From the IMG/VR virus record IMGVR_UViG_2778261009_000009: a stretch of 35,253 nt of DNA. The stretch is one strand, 5' to 3'. This document shows positions 26,950 through 35,253 of this stretch, one piece after another. Source of the DNA: a virus. Its lineage: Duplodnaviria > Heunggongvirae > Uroviricota > Caudoviricetes. The notes under the pieces were generated by a model that worked only from the letters and a program-made list of their open reading frames with translations, searched no databases and was not told the DNA's origin. Made by a program: the position numbers and the translations under genes. Positions within the stretch are counted from its first letter, which is position 1; the number at the start of each line of letters is the position of its first letter.

Positions 26950-27003
26950 ACTATCTGAACGGCGCGGGATACCGCGCCAGAACCCAATTTACAGGACAGC
27001 AAA

Positions 27004-27306
27004 ATGAGCGATAAGCAAACTGAAAAGACCATTCAACTGGACACCCCCATCATGCGCGGTAAAACAGAAATTACCGAAATTGTGCTGCGTAAACCGCAGT
27101 CCGGTGCGCTGCGCGGTACACGCCTGCAGGCCATTATGGATATGGATGTAAACGCGATGATGACCGTGATCCCCCGCATCTCCAGTCCGGCACTGACTGC
27201 GCAGGAAATTGCAGAGATGGACCCGGCAGATCTCACTGCCATGTCGGTTGAGGTTGTCACTTTTTTGTTGAAGAAGTCGGTGCTTGCCGGTTTACCGACA
27301 GCCTGA
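27004..27306 (+). CDS. E: tail assembly chaperone gpE-like
   Basis: 100-aa ORF containing slippery T TTT TTG at 27261-27267. Confidence 0.8.
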   Translation: MSDKQTEKTIQLDTPIMRGKTEITEIVLRKPQSGALRGTRLQAIMDMDVNAMMTVIPRISSPALTAQEIAEMDPADLTAMSVEVVTFLLKKSVLAGLPTA

Positions 27307-27440
27307 CGGTTGACGATCTGGTGGCAGATATCGCCACCATTTTTCACTGGCCGCCATCCGTTACTGACGTTATGCCGCTGACCGAAGTGCTGGAATGGCG
27401 GTATAAAGCGATTCAGAGAAGCGGGGCCAACGATGAGTGA
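27004..27440 (+). CDS. tail assembly chaperone E+E' fusion made by -1 programmed frameshift at 27261-27267
   Basis: -1 frame is open from the slip site to TGA at 27438-27440, overlapping the tape measure start. Confidence 0.6.
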
Positions 27441-30400
27441 TAATAACCTGCGCCTGCAGGTCATTCTTAATGCGGTTGACAAACTCACCCGCCCATTCCG
27501 TGCTGCACAGGCCAGTTCGAAAGAGCTGGCTGGCGCAATCAGAGACTCCCGTGACGCATTAAAGCAACTCAATCAGGCGGGTAACAGCCTGGAAAAATTT
27601 CGCAAGCTGCAGGCCGATAACAAGAAGTTAGGCGACAGGCTGAACTATGCCAGACAGAAGGCTAATTTGCTTAGCTCTGAGCTGGAGGCGATGGAACAAC
27701 CATCACAACGGCACCTTGTGGCTTTAGGTCGGCAAACGCTGGCAGTCCAACGCCTGGAAGAACAACAAAAATATTTGCAGAAGCAAACGGCGCTTGTGCG
27801 TGCAGAACTGTACCGGGCGGGAATTTCTGCGAAAGATGATGCGGGAGCAACTGCCCGTTTAGCCCGTGAAACATCACGTTATTACCAGGAATTGTCGAAA
27901 CAGGAGGCGCGGCTGAAGCGACTGGGTGAAGCTCAGCGCAGGATGAATGCGGCGCGTGCCAGTTATGCCCGTTCGCTGGAGGTGCGCGATCGTATTGCAG
28001 GAGCCGGAACCACTACCACGGCTGCAGGGCTGGCAATGGGGACGCCAGTGATGGCGGCAGTAAAAAGCTATACCAGCATGGAAGATGCCATGAAAGGTGT
28101 GGCAAAGCAGGTCAATGGTCTGCGTGACGATAATGGAAACCGTACTGCACGTTTTTATGAAATGCAGGATGCCATCAAGGCTGCCAGCGAACAGTTGCCG
28201 ATGGAAAACGGTGCGGTGGACTTCGCTGCACTGGTTGAAGGTGGTGCGCGCATGAACGTCGCAAACCCTGACGACAGCTGGGAAGACCAGAAACGTGACC
28301 TGCTGGCCTTCGCCAGTACGGCAGCAAAGGCGGCAACAGCCTTTGAGCTGCCAGCGGATGAACTGTCAGAAAGTCTGGGGAAAATCGCCCAGCTCTACAA
28401 AATACCTACCCGCAATATTGAACAGCTCGGCGATGCGCTGAACTATCTGGATGATAACGCCATGTCGAAAGGGGCGGACATCATTGATGTGATGCAACGT
28501 CTGGGCGGTGTGGCTGACCGTCTGGATTATCGTAAAGCGGCGGCACTGGGTTCCACCTTTCTGACACTGGGCGCTGCGCCGGAGGTTGCAGCCAGTGCAG
28601 CAAACGCGATGGTGCGTGAATTGTCCATTGCCACCATGCAAAGCAAGAGTTTCTTTGAAGGAATGAATCTGCTGAAATTCAATCCTGAAGTGATTGAAAA
28701 GCAGATGACGAAGGATGCGATGGGAACTATCCAGCGCGTGCTGGAGAAGGTGAACGCACTGCCGCAGGACAAGCGTCTGTCTGCCATGACCATGTTGTTT
28801 GGTAAAGAGTTTGGCGATGACGCGGCGAAACTGGCAAACAACCTGCCGGAACTGCAGCGCCAGCTAAAACTGACAGCGGGCAATGATGCGCTCGGTTCCA
28901 TGCAGAAAGAATCCGACATCAACAAAGACTCACTTTCTGCTCAGTGGTTGCTGGTCAAAACCGGAGCGCAGAACACCTTCAGCAGCCTGGGCGAAACGCT
29001 GCGCCAGCCGCTGATTGATATTCTGTACACGGTGAAAAGCGTCACAGGGGCGTTGCGTCGCTGGGTGGAAGCTAACCCGGAACTGACAGGCACACTGATG
29101 AAAGTAGCCGCTGTGGTGGCTGCCGTTACCGTGGGCCTCGGCACCTTAGCGGTGGCGCTGGCTGCAGTGCTGGGGCCGCTGGCAGTGATCCGTCTGGGAT
29201 TCTCTGTGCTGGGTATCAAAATGTTACCTTCCGTTACGGCAGCAGTAACTCGAACCAGCAGCGCGTTGTCCTGGCTGGCTGGCGCACCACTGGCACTGCT
29301 ACGACGCGGGCTTGCTTCATCGGGCAACGCCGCAGGTTTACTTACTGCGCCGTTGTCGTCTTTGCGCCGCACGGCATCACTGACGGGAAATGTCCTGAAA
29401 ACGGTAGCAGGTGCGCCGGTTGCACTTTTGCGGTCTGGATTATCCGGGTTACGTGCGGTTGCTGTGATGTTTATGAATCCACTGGCAGCACTACGCGGTG
29501 GACTGGCTGCCGCAGGCGCGGTGCTGCGTGTGCTGGCATCCGGTCCGCTGGCGATGCTGCGCGTTGCCCTGTATGCCGTATCTGGTCTGTTAGGTGCTCT
29601 GCTCAGTCCGATAGGTCTTGTGGTTACTGCACTGGCGGGCGTGGCGCTGGTTGTCTGGAAATACTGGCAACCCATCACCGCATTTCTCGGTGGCGTGGTG
29701 GAAGGATTCAAAGCGGCGGCAGGTCCCATCAGTGCTGCATTCGAACCGCTTAAGCCCGTGTTTCAGTGGATTGGCGACAAAGTACAGGCGCTGTGGGGCT
29801 GGTTTACTGATCTGCTGACGCCCGTTAAGTCGACCTCTGCCGAACTGCAGAGTGCAGCGGCAATGGGGCGGCGATTCGGGGAGGCACTGGCGGAAGGGCT
29901 GAATATGGTCATGCATCCGCTGGACTCCCTGAAATCCGGCGTTTCCTGGTTGCTGGAGAAACTCGGCATTGTCAGTAAAGAGGCCGCAAAGGCAAAACTA
30001 CCGGAAAGCGTGACGCGTCAGCAACCTGCGACGGTGAATGCAGACGGTAAAGTGATGATGCCATCGGGTGATTTTCCGTCATGGGGATATGGCTTTGCGG
30101 GTATGTATGACAGCGGCGGCTATATCCCGCGTGGGCAGTTTGGCATCGTCGGTGAAAACGGGCCGGAAATTGTTAACGGCCCGGCAAACGTGACCAGCCG
30201 GAGAAATACAGCTGCACTGGCTGCCGTTGTCGCCGGAATGATGGGCGTTGCTGCCGCGCCAGCAGAGCTTCCACCGTTGCATCCTTTGGCGCTTCCCGCG
30301 AAAGGCGGTGAAGCGATGGTGAGTCGTGCAGCTACTGTGCCGCCCATTTACCGGATTGAAGCACCGACGCAGATCATCATCCAGACACAGCCAGGACAAA

Positions 30401-30510
30401 GTGCGCAGGATATTGCGCGGGAGGTGGCCCGCCAGCTTGATGAACGTGAACGCAGGTTGAAGGCAAAAGCCAGGAGTAACTACAGCGATCAGGGGGGATA
30501 CGACGCATGA
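27433..30510 (+). CDS. T: tail tape measure protein gpT-like (1025 aa)
   Basis: Very long Ala/Leu-rich ORF directly after the chaperone frameshift pair. Confidence 0.85.
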   Translation: MSDNNLRLQVILNAVDKLTRPFRAAQASSKELAGAIRDSRDALKQLNQAGNSLEKFRKLQADNKKLGDRLNYARQKANLLSSELEAMEQPSQRHLVALGRQTLAVQRLEEQQKYLQKQTALVRAELYRAGISAKDDAGATARLARETSRYYQELSKQEARLKRLGEAQRRMNAARASYARSLEVRDRIAGAGTTTTAAGLAMGTPVMAAVKSYTSMEDAMKGVAKQVNGLRDDNGNRTARFYEMQDAIKAASEQLPMENGAVDFAALVEGGARMNVANPDDSWEDQKRDLLAFASTAAKAATAFELPADELSESLGKIAQLYKIPTRNIEQLGDALNYLDDNAMSKGADIIDVMQRLGGVADRLDYRKAAALGSTFLTLGAAPEVAASAANAMVRELSIATMQSKSFFEGMNLLKFNPEVIEKQMTKDAMGTIQRVLEKVNALPQDKRLSAMTMLFGKEFGDDAAKLANNLPELQRQLKLTAGNDALGSMQKESDINKDSLSAQWLLVKTGAQNTFSSLGETLRQPLIDILYTVKSVTGALRRWVEANPELTGTLMKVAAVVAAVTVGLGTLAVALAAVLGPLAVIRLGFSVLGIKMLPSVTAAVTRTSSALSWLAGAPLALLRRGLASSGNAAGLLTAPLSSLRRTASLTGNVLKTVAGAPVALLRSGLSGLRAVAVMFMNPLAALRGGLAAAGAVLRVLASGPLAMLRVALYAVSGLLGALLSPIGLVVTALAGVALVVWKYWQPITAFLGGVVEGFKAAAGPISAAFEPLKPVFQWIGDKVQALWGWFTDLLTPVKSTSAELQSAAAMGRRFGEALAEGLNMVMHPLDSLKSGVSWLLEKLGIVSKEAAKAKLPESVTRQQPATVNADGKVMMPSGDFPSWGYGFAGMYDSGGYIPRGQFGIVGENGPEIVNGPANVTSRRNTAALAAVVAGMMGVAAAPAELPPLHPLALPAKGGEAMVSRAATVPPIYRIEAPTQIIIQTQPGQSAQDIAREVARQLDERERRLKAKARSNYSDQGGYDA

Positions 30511-30992
30511 TGATGGTGCTGGGATTGTACGTGTTTATGCTGCGCACCGTGCCATATCAGGAACTGCAGTATCAACGCAGCTGGCGACATGCGGCTAACA
30601 GCCGGGTAAATCGTCGTCCGTCCACGCAGTTTCTGGGACCGGACAACGACATGCTGACGCTTTCCGGTGTTCTTATGCCGGAGATAACAGGCGGCAGGCT
30701 GTCGTTGCTGGCACTTGAGCAGATGGCAGAACAGGGGAAAGCATGGCCCCTGATTGAAGGCAGCGGCACGATTTACGGCATGTATGTGATTGAGGGACTG
30801 AATCAGACTAAAACGGAGTTTTTCCGCGACGGTATGCCGCGCCGGATTGAGTTCACCCTGTCGCTCAAACGGGTGGATGAATCCCTGTCCGATATGTTCG
30901 GTGATCTCAGTGCGCAGCTGAATAATCTGCAGGACACGGCAACATCTGCATTAAGCGATATCAGTAAAACGGTGGGAGGGCTGCTGTCGTGA
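30507..30992 (+). CDS. U: tail protein gpU-like
   Basis: 161-aa ORF overlapping T stop. Confidence 0.8.
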   Translation: MMMVLGLYVFMLRTVPYQELQYQRSWRHAANSRVNRRPSTQFLGPDNDMLTLSGVLMPEITGGRLSLLALEQMAEQGKAWPLIEGSGTIYGMYVIEGLNQTKTEFFRDGMPRRIEFTLSLKRVDESLSDMFGDLSAQLNNLQDTATSALSDISKTVGGLLS

Positions 30993-32089
30993 ATTTCAGC
31001 TCTGAACTGCTTAACAAAGGCAACAAAACTCCCGCATTCAGCATCAGTATTGAGGGCAGGGATATCACTACTGTGCTGGATAACCGCTTGATGAGTCTGA
31101 CGCTGACGGACAATCGGGGATTTGAAGCGGACCAGCTTGATCTGGAGCTGGACGACGCCGACGGAAAAATCGTGCTGCCGCGCCGTGGTGCGGTCATTAC
31201 GCTGGCGCTGGGGTGGAAGGGGCAGCCGCTTTTCCCGAAAGGGGCATTCACGGTGGACGAGATTGAACACACTGGCGCACCGGACCGCCTGACTATCCGG
31301 GCGCGAAGTGCTGATTTTCGTGAAACGCTGAATACCCGCCGTGAAAAATCGTGGCACAAGACCACCGTTGGGGAAGTGGTGAAGGAAATATCTGCGCGGC
31401 ACAAACTGAAGATGGCATTGGGTGAAGACCTGTCGGATAAACCCGTGGAGCATATAGACCAGACCAATGAGAGTGACGGCAGTTTTCTGATGCGGCTGGC
31501 GCGCCAGTACGGTGCTATTGCGTCGGTGAAAAATGGCAATCTGTTATTCATCCGGCAGGGACAGGGTAAAAGCGCCAGCGGTAAACCACTACCGGTTATC
31601 ACTATCACACGTAAGGACGGCGACAGTCACCGCTTTACCCTGGCAGATCGCGGAGCCTACACGGGCGTAATTGCCAGCTGGTTGCATACCCGCGAACCCG
31701 CGAAGAAAGAAAGCACCACGGTGAAGCGTAAGCGCAGGACTAAGAAGCAGAAGAAAGAGCCGGAAGCGAAGCAGGGCGATTACCTAGTGGGTACGGATGA
31801 AAACGTGCTGGTACTTAATCGCACTTATGCCAACCGGAGCAACGCCGAACGAGCGGCGAAAATGCAGTGGGAACGCCTGCAACGCGGCGTTGCGTCATTC
31901 TCGTTACAACTGGCGGAAGGGCGGGCAGATCTCTACACGGAAATGCCAGTGAAAGTCAGTGGCTTTAAACAGCCGATAGATGATGCGGAATGGACCATTA
32001 CGACTCTGACGCATACCGTAAGCCCGGATAATGGTTTTACGACCAGTCTGGAGCTTGAAGTGAGGATTGATGATTTCGAAATGGAATGA
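30989..32089 (+). CDS. D: tail protein gpD-like (GTG start)
   Basis: 366-aa ORF, GGGAGGG RBS, P2 order. Confidence 0.8.
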   Translation: MNFSSELLNKGNKTPAFSISIEGRDITTVLDNRLMSLTLTDNRGFEADQLDLELDDADGKIVLPRRGAVITLALGWKGQPLFPKGAFTVDEIEHTGAPDRLTIRARSADFRETLNTRREKSWHKTTVGEVVKEISARHKLKMALGEDLSDKPVEHIDQTNESDGSFLMRLARQYGAIASVKNGNLLFIRQGQGKSASGKPLPVITITRKDGDSHRFTLADRGAYTGVIASWLHTREPAKKESTTVKRKRRTKKQKKEPEAKQGDYLVGTDENVLVLNRTYANRSNAERAAKMQWERLQRGVASFSLQLAEGRADLYTEMPVKVSGFKQPIDDAEWTITTLTHTVSPDNGFTTSLELEVRIDDFEME

Positions 32090-32179
32090 TTCTTCGCAAT
32101 GGAGAACTTTTAAGTTTGCAAAATGGAATAATGCGGTATCATTATTGTGAATTTAGCAAAAATGGGGAGAACTCGAAAA

Positions 32180-32398
32180 ATGATGATTTGCCCACTGTGT
32201 GGAAGTGCCGCCCATACTCGCAGCAGTTTTCAGGTATCTTCATTGACCAAAGAGCGTTACAACCAGTGCCAGAACATTAACTGCAGCCATACTTTTGTTA
32301 CCCATGAAACTTTTGTTCGTTCGATTGCAACGCCAAAAGAGTCAAATCCGGTTCAGCCGCATCCAATGAAATCAGGACAGGTGGCGCTCTCTCTTTGA
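32180..32398 (+). CDS. ogr: Ogr/Delta-family zinc-finger late transcription activator (72 aa)
   Basis: MMICPLCGSAAHTRSS...CQNINCSHTF four-Cys pattern; same length as P2 Ogr; ATG at 32180. Confidence 0.8.
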   Translation: MMICPLCGSAAHTRSSFQVSSLTKERYNQCQNINCSHTFVTHETFVRSIATPKESNPVQPHPMKSGQVALSL

Positions 32399-32478
32399 CG
32401 CTGCCGCCATTTTGTCGCCATCGTTAAAAAACAGTGCTTCTAACATCATGATTTTAAACAGCTTAAATTTCAGGCAAC

Positions 32479-32521
32479 AAAAAACCCATCAACCTTGAAC
32501 CGAAATGGCGGGGTTGATGGG
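32479..32521 (-). terminator. rho-independent terminator, probably of host ybjL
   Basis: 10-bp stem cccatcaacc/ggttgatggg with 17-nt loop, followed on minus strand by T6 (plus A-run 32479-32484). Confidence 0.5.
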
Positions 32522-32633
32522 CTCCACAAAATGGGGACATCAAAGAAAAGCAGTGGCACTAATTAAGACTGATGCCCTGCGGAAAAGTTCTGCGGTTGTG
32601 CAAAAAAATTTCATTTTCAGGGCAACTTCAGTT

Positions 32634-34319
32634 TTATCCTAATCCTGGCCATACCATGACGATGATTGTCCCTGCCAGCGTCAGCAGGACGTTGGCGATT
32701 GCATAGGTGCCCGCATAGCCCAGCGCCGGGATGTTACTGCGAGCTGTATCACTGATGATCTCCATTGCCGGCGCGCAGGTACGTGCGCCCATCATTGCGC
32801 CGAACAACAGCGCGCGGTTCATTCGCAATACATAAGCACCGAACAAGAAACAGATAACCACGGGCACCAGACTGACAATCAATCCGGCAATCAACATCTG
32901 ACCGCCAATCGCGCCCAGGCCGTTATTAATACCGCTACCGGCGCTCAGACCAACGCCTGCCATAAACACCATCAAGCCGAACTCTTTCACCATGCTTAAT
33001 GCACCCTGCGGAATGTAACCGAAGGTCGGGTGGTTAGCACGCATAAAGCCCAGCATAATTCCGGCGAATAACAACCCGGCAGCGTTCCCCATGCCGAAAC
33101 TGAATGTGCTGAACTGGAAGGTGATCATCCCGATCATCAGCCCAATAACAAAGAAGGCGCAGAATGCCAGCAGGTCAGTGACCTGGCTGTGAATCGAGAT
33201 AAAGCCGATGCGATCGGCGATGGTTTTTACGCGGCGGGCATCGCCGCTGACTTGTAAAACGTCACCTTTGTTAAGCACGACGTTGTCATCTATCGGCATC
33301 TCAATCTGGCTACGAATGACGCGGTTAAGGAAGCAACCGTGATCGGTCAACTTCAGTTGTGCGAGACGTTTACCTACAGCGTTATGGTTTTTAACGACCA
33401 CTTCTTCAGTGACGATACGCATGTCGAGAAGGTCACGATCGAAAACTTCTTTACCGTTACGGAAGCTGGGATCGAGTCGGGCATGGGCGTCGGGATAGCC
33501 TACCAACGCTATTTCATCGCCCATTTGTAGCACGGCATCACCGTCTGGATTTGCCAGAATCCCGTTACGTCGAATACGTTCAATGTAGCAGCCGGTTTGT
33601 CGATAAATACCCAGTTCACGCAGATTTTTGCCGTCGGTCCAGGCCACCAGTTCCGGGCCGACGCGATAGGCGCGGATCACCGGTAAATAAACCTTACGGT
33701 TGGCATCAGTGTCCAGGCCACGTTCGCGGGCGATTTGCTGGGCGCTGGTCTGTAAGTCCTGATGCTGCAATTTCGGCAAGTAACGCGCACCAACAATCAA
33801 ACTCACCAGACCGATTAAATAGGTTAAGGCATACCCGAGGCTCAGATTATCCAGTGCCAGTGAGAGCTGCCTGCTTTCCATGCCGGAATGACGCAGTGTA
33901 TCGCCAGCACCGACCAGAACCGGTGTCGACGTCATAGAGCCTGCTAACATACCGGCCGTCAGGCCAATATCCCAGCCAAACAGCTTACCTAACCCTAAGG
34001 CGATCACCAGCGCACTGCCAACCATCACCAGTGCTAACATTAGGTAATTTTTCCCATCGCGAAAAAAAATGGAAAAAAAGTTCGGTCCGGCTTCGACCCC
34101 GACGCAGAAAATAAACAGCATAAAGCCAAGATTAAGCGCATCGGTGTTAATGCTGAAATGTTGTTGGCCTAATAACAGCGATACGACTAAAACGCCAATG
34201 GAATTACCCAGTTGGATCGAACCAAGTCGTAACTTTCCGAGACATAGCCCAAGCGCGAGGACCACAAATAATAACAGAATGTAATTCCCATTTAACAATT
34301 CGGCGACGTTTATATTCAC
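32634..34319 (-). CDS. ybjL: host putative transporter YbjL (AAE family, 561 aa, GTG start)
   Basis: Multi-TM N- and C-terminal halves flanking soluble RCK_C-like repeats; recognised as E. coli YbjL. Confidence 0.8.
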
Positions 34320-34588
34320 GGAGGCTAACTTCTTGTTTACTAGTAAGCTGTTGAAAGAAATGGTAATTTACGATAATGTTTTTTACCAGAATTCAGGGCG
34401 CAGATTCATTCAGCGCACCTAAACGATAGTAAAGTAACAATATATTTTACTAGTGTAATCACATTAGGTATCAACGGCTATATGAATTGCGTTGGCCTAT
34501 ATTAGCATGGAATGCGAAGCGGCTTTATCTTACTGAACGCCACACTGGCGAAAAATGTGTTCGATAGACGCAGTGTCAGGAGGAACGA

Positions 34589-34966
34589 GTGAAACATAAA
34601 CAACGTTGGGCGGGGGCAATCTGCTGTTTTGTCCTCTTCATTGTGGTGTGCCTTTTTCTGGCGACGCACATGAAAGGCGCTTTTCGGGCTGCCGGGCATC
34701 CTGAAATCGGCTTGCTATTTTTCATTCTTCCTGGAGCAGTCGCCAGCTTCTTTTCACAGCGTAGAGAAGTCCTGAAACCTCTGTTTGGCGCAATGCTGGC
34801 GGCACCCTGTTCGATGCTCATTATGCGGCTGTTTTTTTCACCGACGCGCTCATTCTGGCAAGAGCTGGCATGGTTACTAAGCGCGGTGTTCTGGTGTGCG
34901 CTGGGGGCACTGTGTTTCTTATTTATCAGTAGTTTGTTTAAACCACAGCACAGAAAAAATCAGTAA
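34589..34966 (+). CDS. ybjM: host inner membrane protein YbjM (125 aa, GTG start)
   Basis: CAGGAGG RBS; hydrophobic 125-aa protein adjacent to grxA as in E. coli. Confidence 0.7.
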   Translation: MKHKQRWAGAICCFVLFIVVCLFLATHMKGAFRAAGHPEIGLLFFILPGAVASFFSQRREVLKPLFGAMLAAPCSMLIMRLFFSPTRSFWQELAWLLSAVFWCALGALCFLFISSLFKPQHRKNQ

Positions 34967-34995
34967 AGCCCTCAACGCGAGGGCTTGTCAGACGA

Positions 34996-35253
34996 TCAGG
35001 CGTCCAGATTTTCTTTCACCCATGCAGCAAAATCGGTATAGCCGCCGATATGTTGCTGATCGACAAAAATCTGCGGCACGGTTTCTACGGGTTTACCTGC
35101 CTTTTGTTGTAGATCTTCTTTAGTGATCCCTTCCGCACGAATATCTACATACTGATACTGAAAATCATCGCGTTCATTGCTCAATTTCTCAGCCAGATCT
35201 TTTGCACGCACACAGTAAGGGCAACCCGAACGACCAAAAATAACGGTTTGCAT
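34996..35253 (-). CDS. grxA: glutaredoxin 1
   Basis: 85-aa ORF with CPYC active site (GRSGCPYCVRAK); start codon is the last 3 nt of the window. Confidence 0.9.
   Translation of the reverse strand: MQTVIFGRSGCPYCVRAKDLAEKLSNERDDFQYQYVDIRAEGITKEDLQQKAGKPVETVPQIFVDQQHIGGYTDFAAWVKENLDA

Larger units (their letters stand above)
1..32480. mobile_element. P2/186-like prophage, right portion (immunity region through ogr); left end with integrase outside window; right boundary somewhere between ogr stop (32398) and ybjL stop (32634)
   Basis: Colinear P2-type gene order (Q,P,O,N,M,L,X,lysis,R,S,V,W,J,I,H,G,FI,FII,E,T,U,D,ogr) with 186-type cI/apl/cII switch; host genes ybjL/ybjM/grxA follow. Confidence 0.85.

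Noticed and set aside
26949-27003. GC hairpin ggcgcg...cgcgcc between FII and E as a terminator
   Set aside because: Not followed by a T-run; more likely an mRNA structure or coincidence within the operon.
28366-30399. Several long minus-strand ORFs inside the tape measure gene (e.g. 28941..29729, 262 aa; 28527..28925; 30079..30399)
   Set aside because: Antisense to a well-supported long structural gene in GC-rich, Ala-codon-rich DNA where spurious open frames are expected; no RBS context, low-complexity translations.
32086-32280. 64-aa ORF overlapping the start of ogr
   Set aside because: Overlaps the well-supported ogr gene in another frame; no RBS.
32400-32633. Possible tRNA gene at the integration site
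   Set aside because: No cloverleaf-like structure or conserved tRNA motifs recognised by eye; the hairpin present looks like a terminator. A covariance-model search would be needed to fully exclude one.

Overview
The window is almost entirely one P2/186-like temperate prophage (about 1-32.4 kb; the integrase lies left of the window), followed by the host genes ybjL, ybjM and grxA (32.6-35.3 kb). Gene order is colinear with P2/186: 186-type immunity switch (cI leftward, apl and cII rightward), an early operon (small ORFs, TraR-like zinc finger, Dam methylase, a TGT-fold ORF, replication gene A), an accessory region between A and the portal gene, then Q/P, capsid genes O-N-M-L, X, lysis cassette, tail completion R/S, baseplate V-W-J-I, tail fibre H with assembly gene G, an invertible fibre segment with a Hin/Gin-type invertase, tail genes FI-FII-E/E'-T-U-D, and ogr. 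All calls rest on reading the six-frame translations, start/stop contexts and motifs by eye; no database search was run. The most interesting parts are AT-rich minus-strand cargo inserted into the GC-richer backbone: (1) a two-gene operon next to gene A (soluble protein plus membrane protein); (2) an SOS (LexA-box) controlled small-gene module, probably a Tum-like antirepressor; (3) a membrane protein followed by three tandem, overlapping polyproline mini-ORFs beside the portal gene; (4) a membrane-protein moron between S and V. Also notable: a TGT-like (possibly DpdA-like) ORF translationally coupled to Dam and A, a frameshift splitting gene A at an A5 run, and a candidate cos site. Functions of the cargo genes are inferred from architecture only and remain hypotheses.
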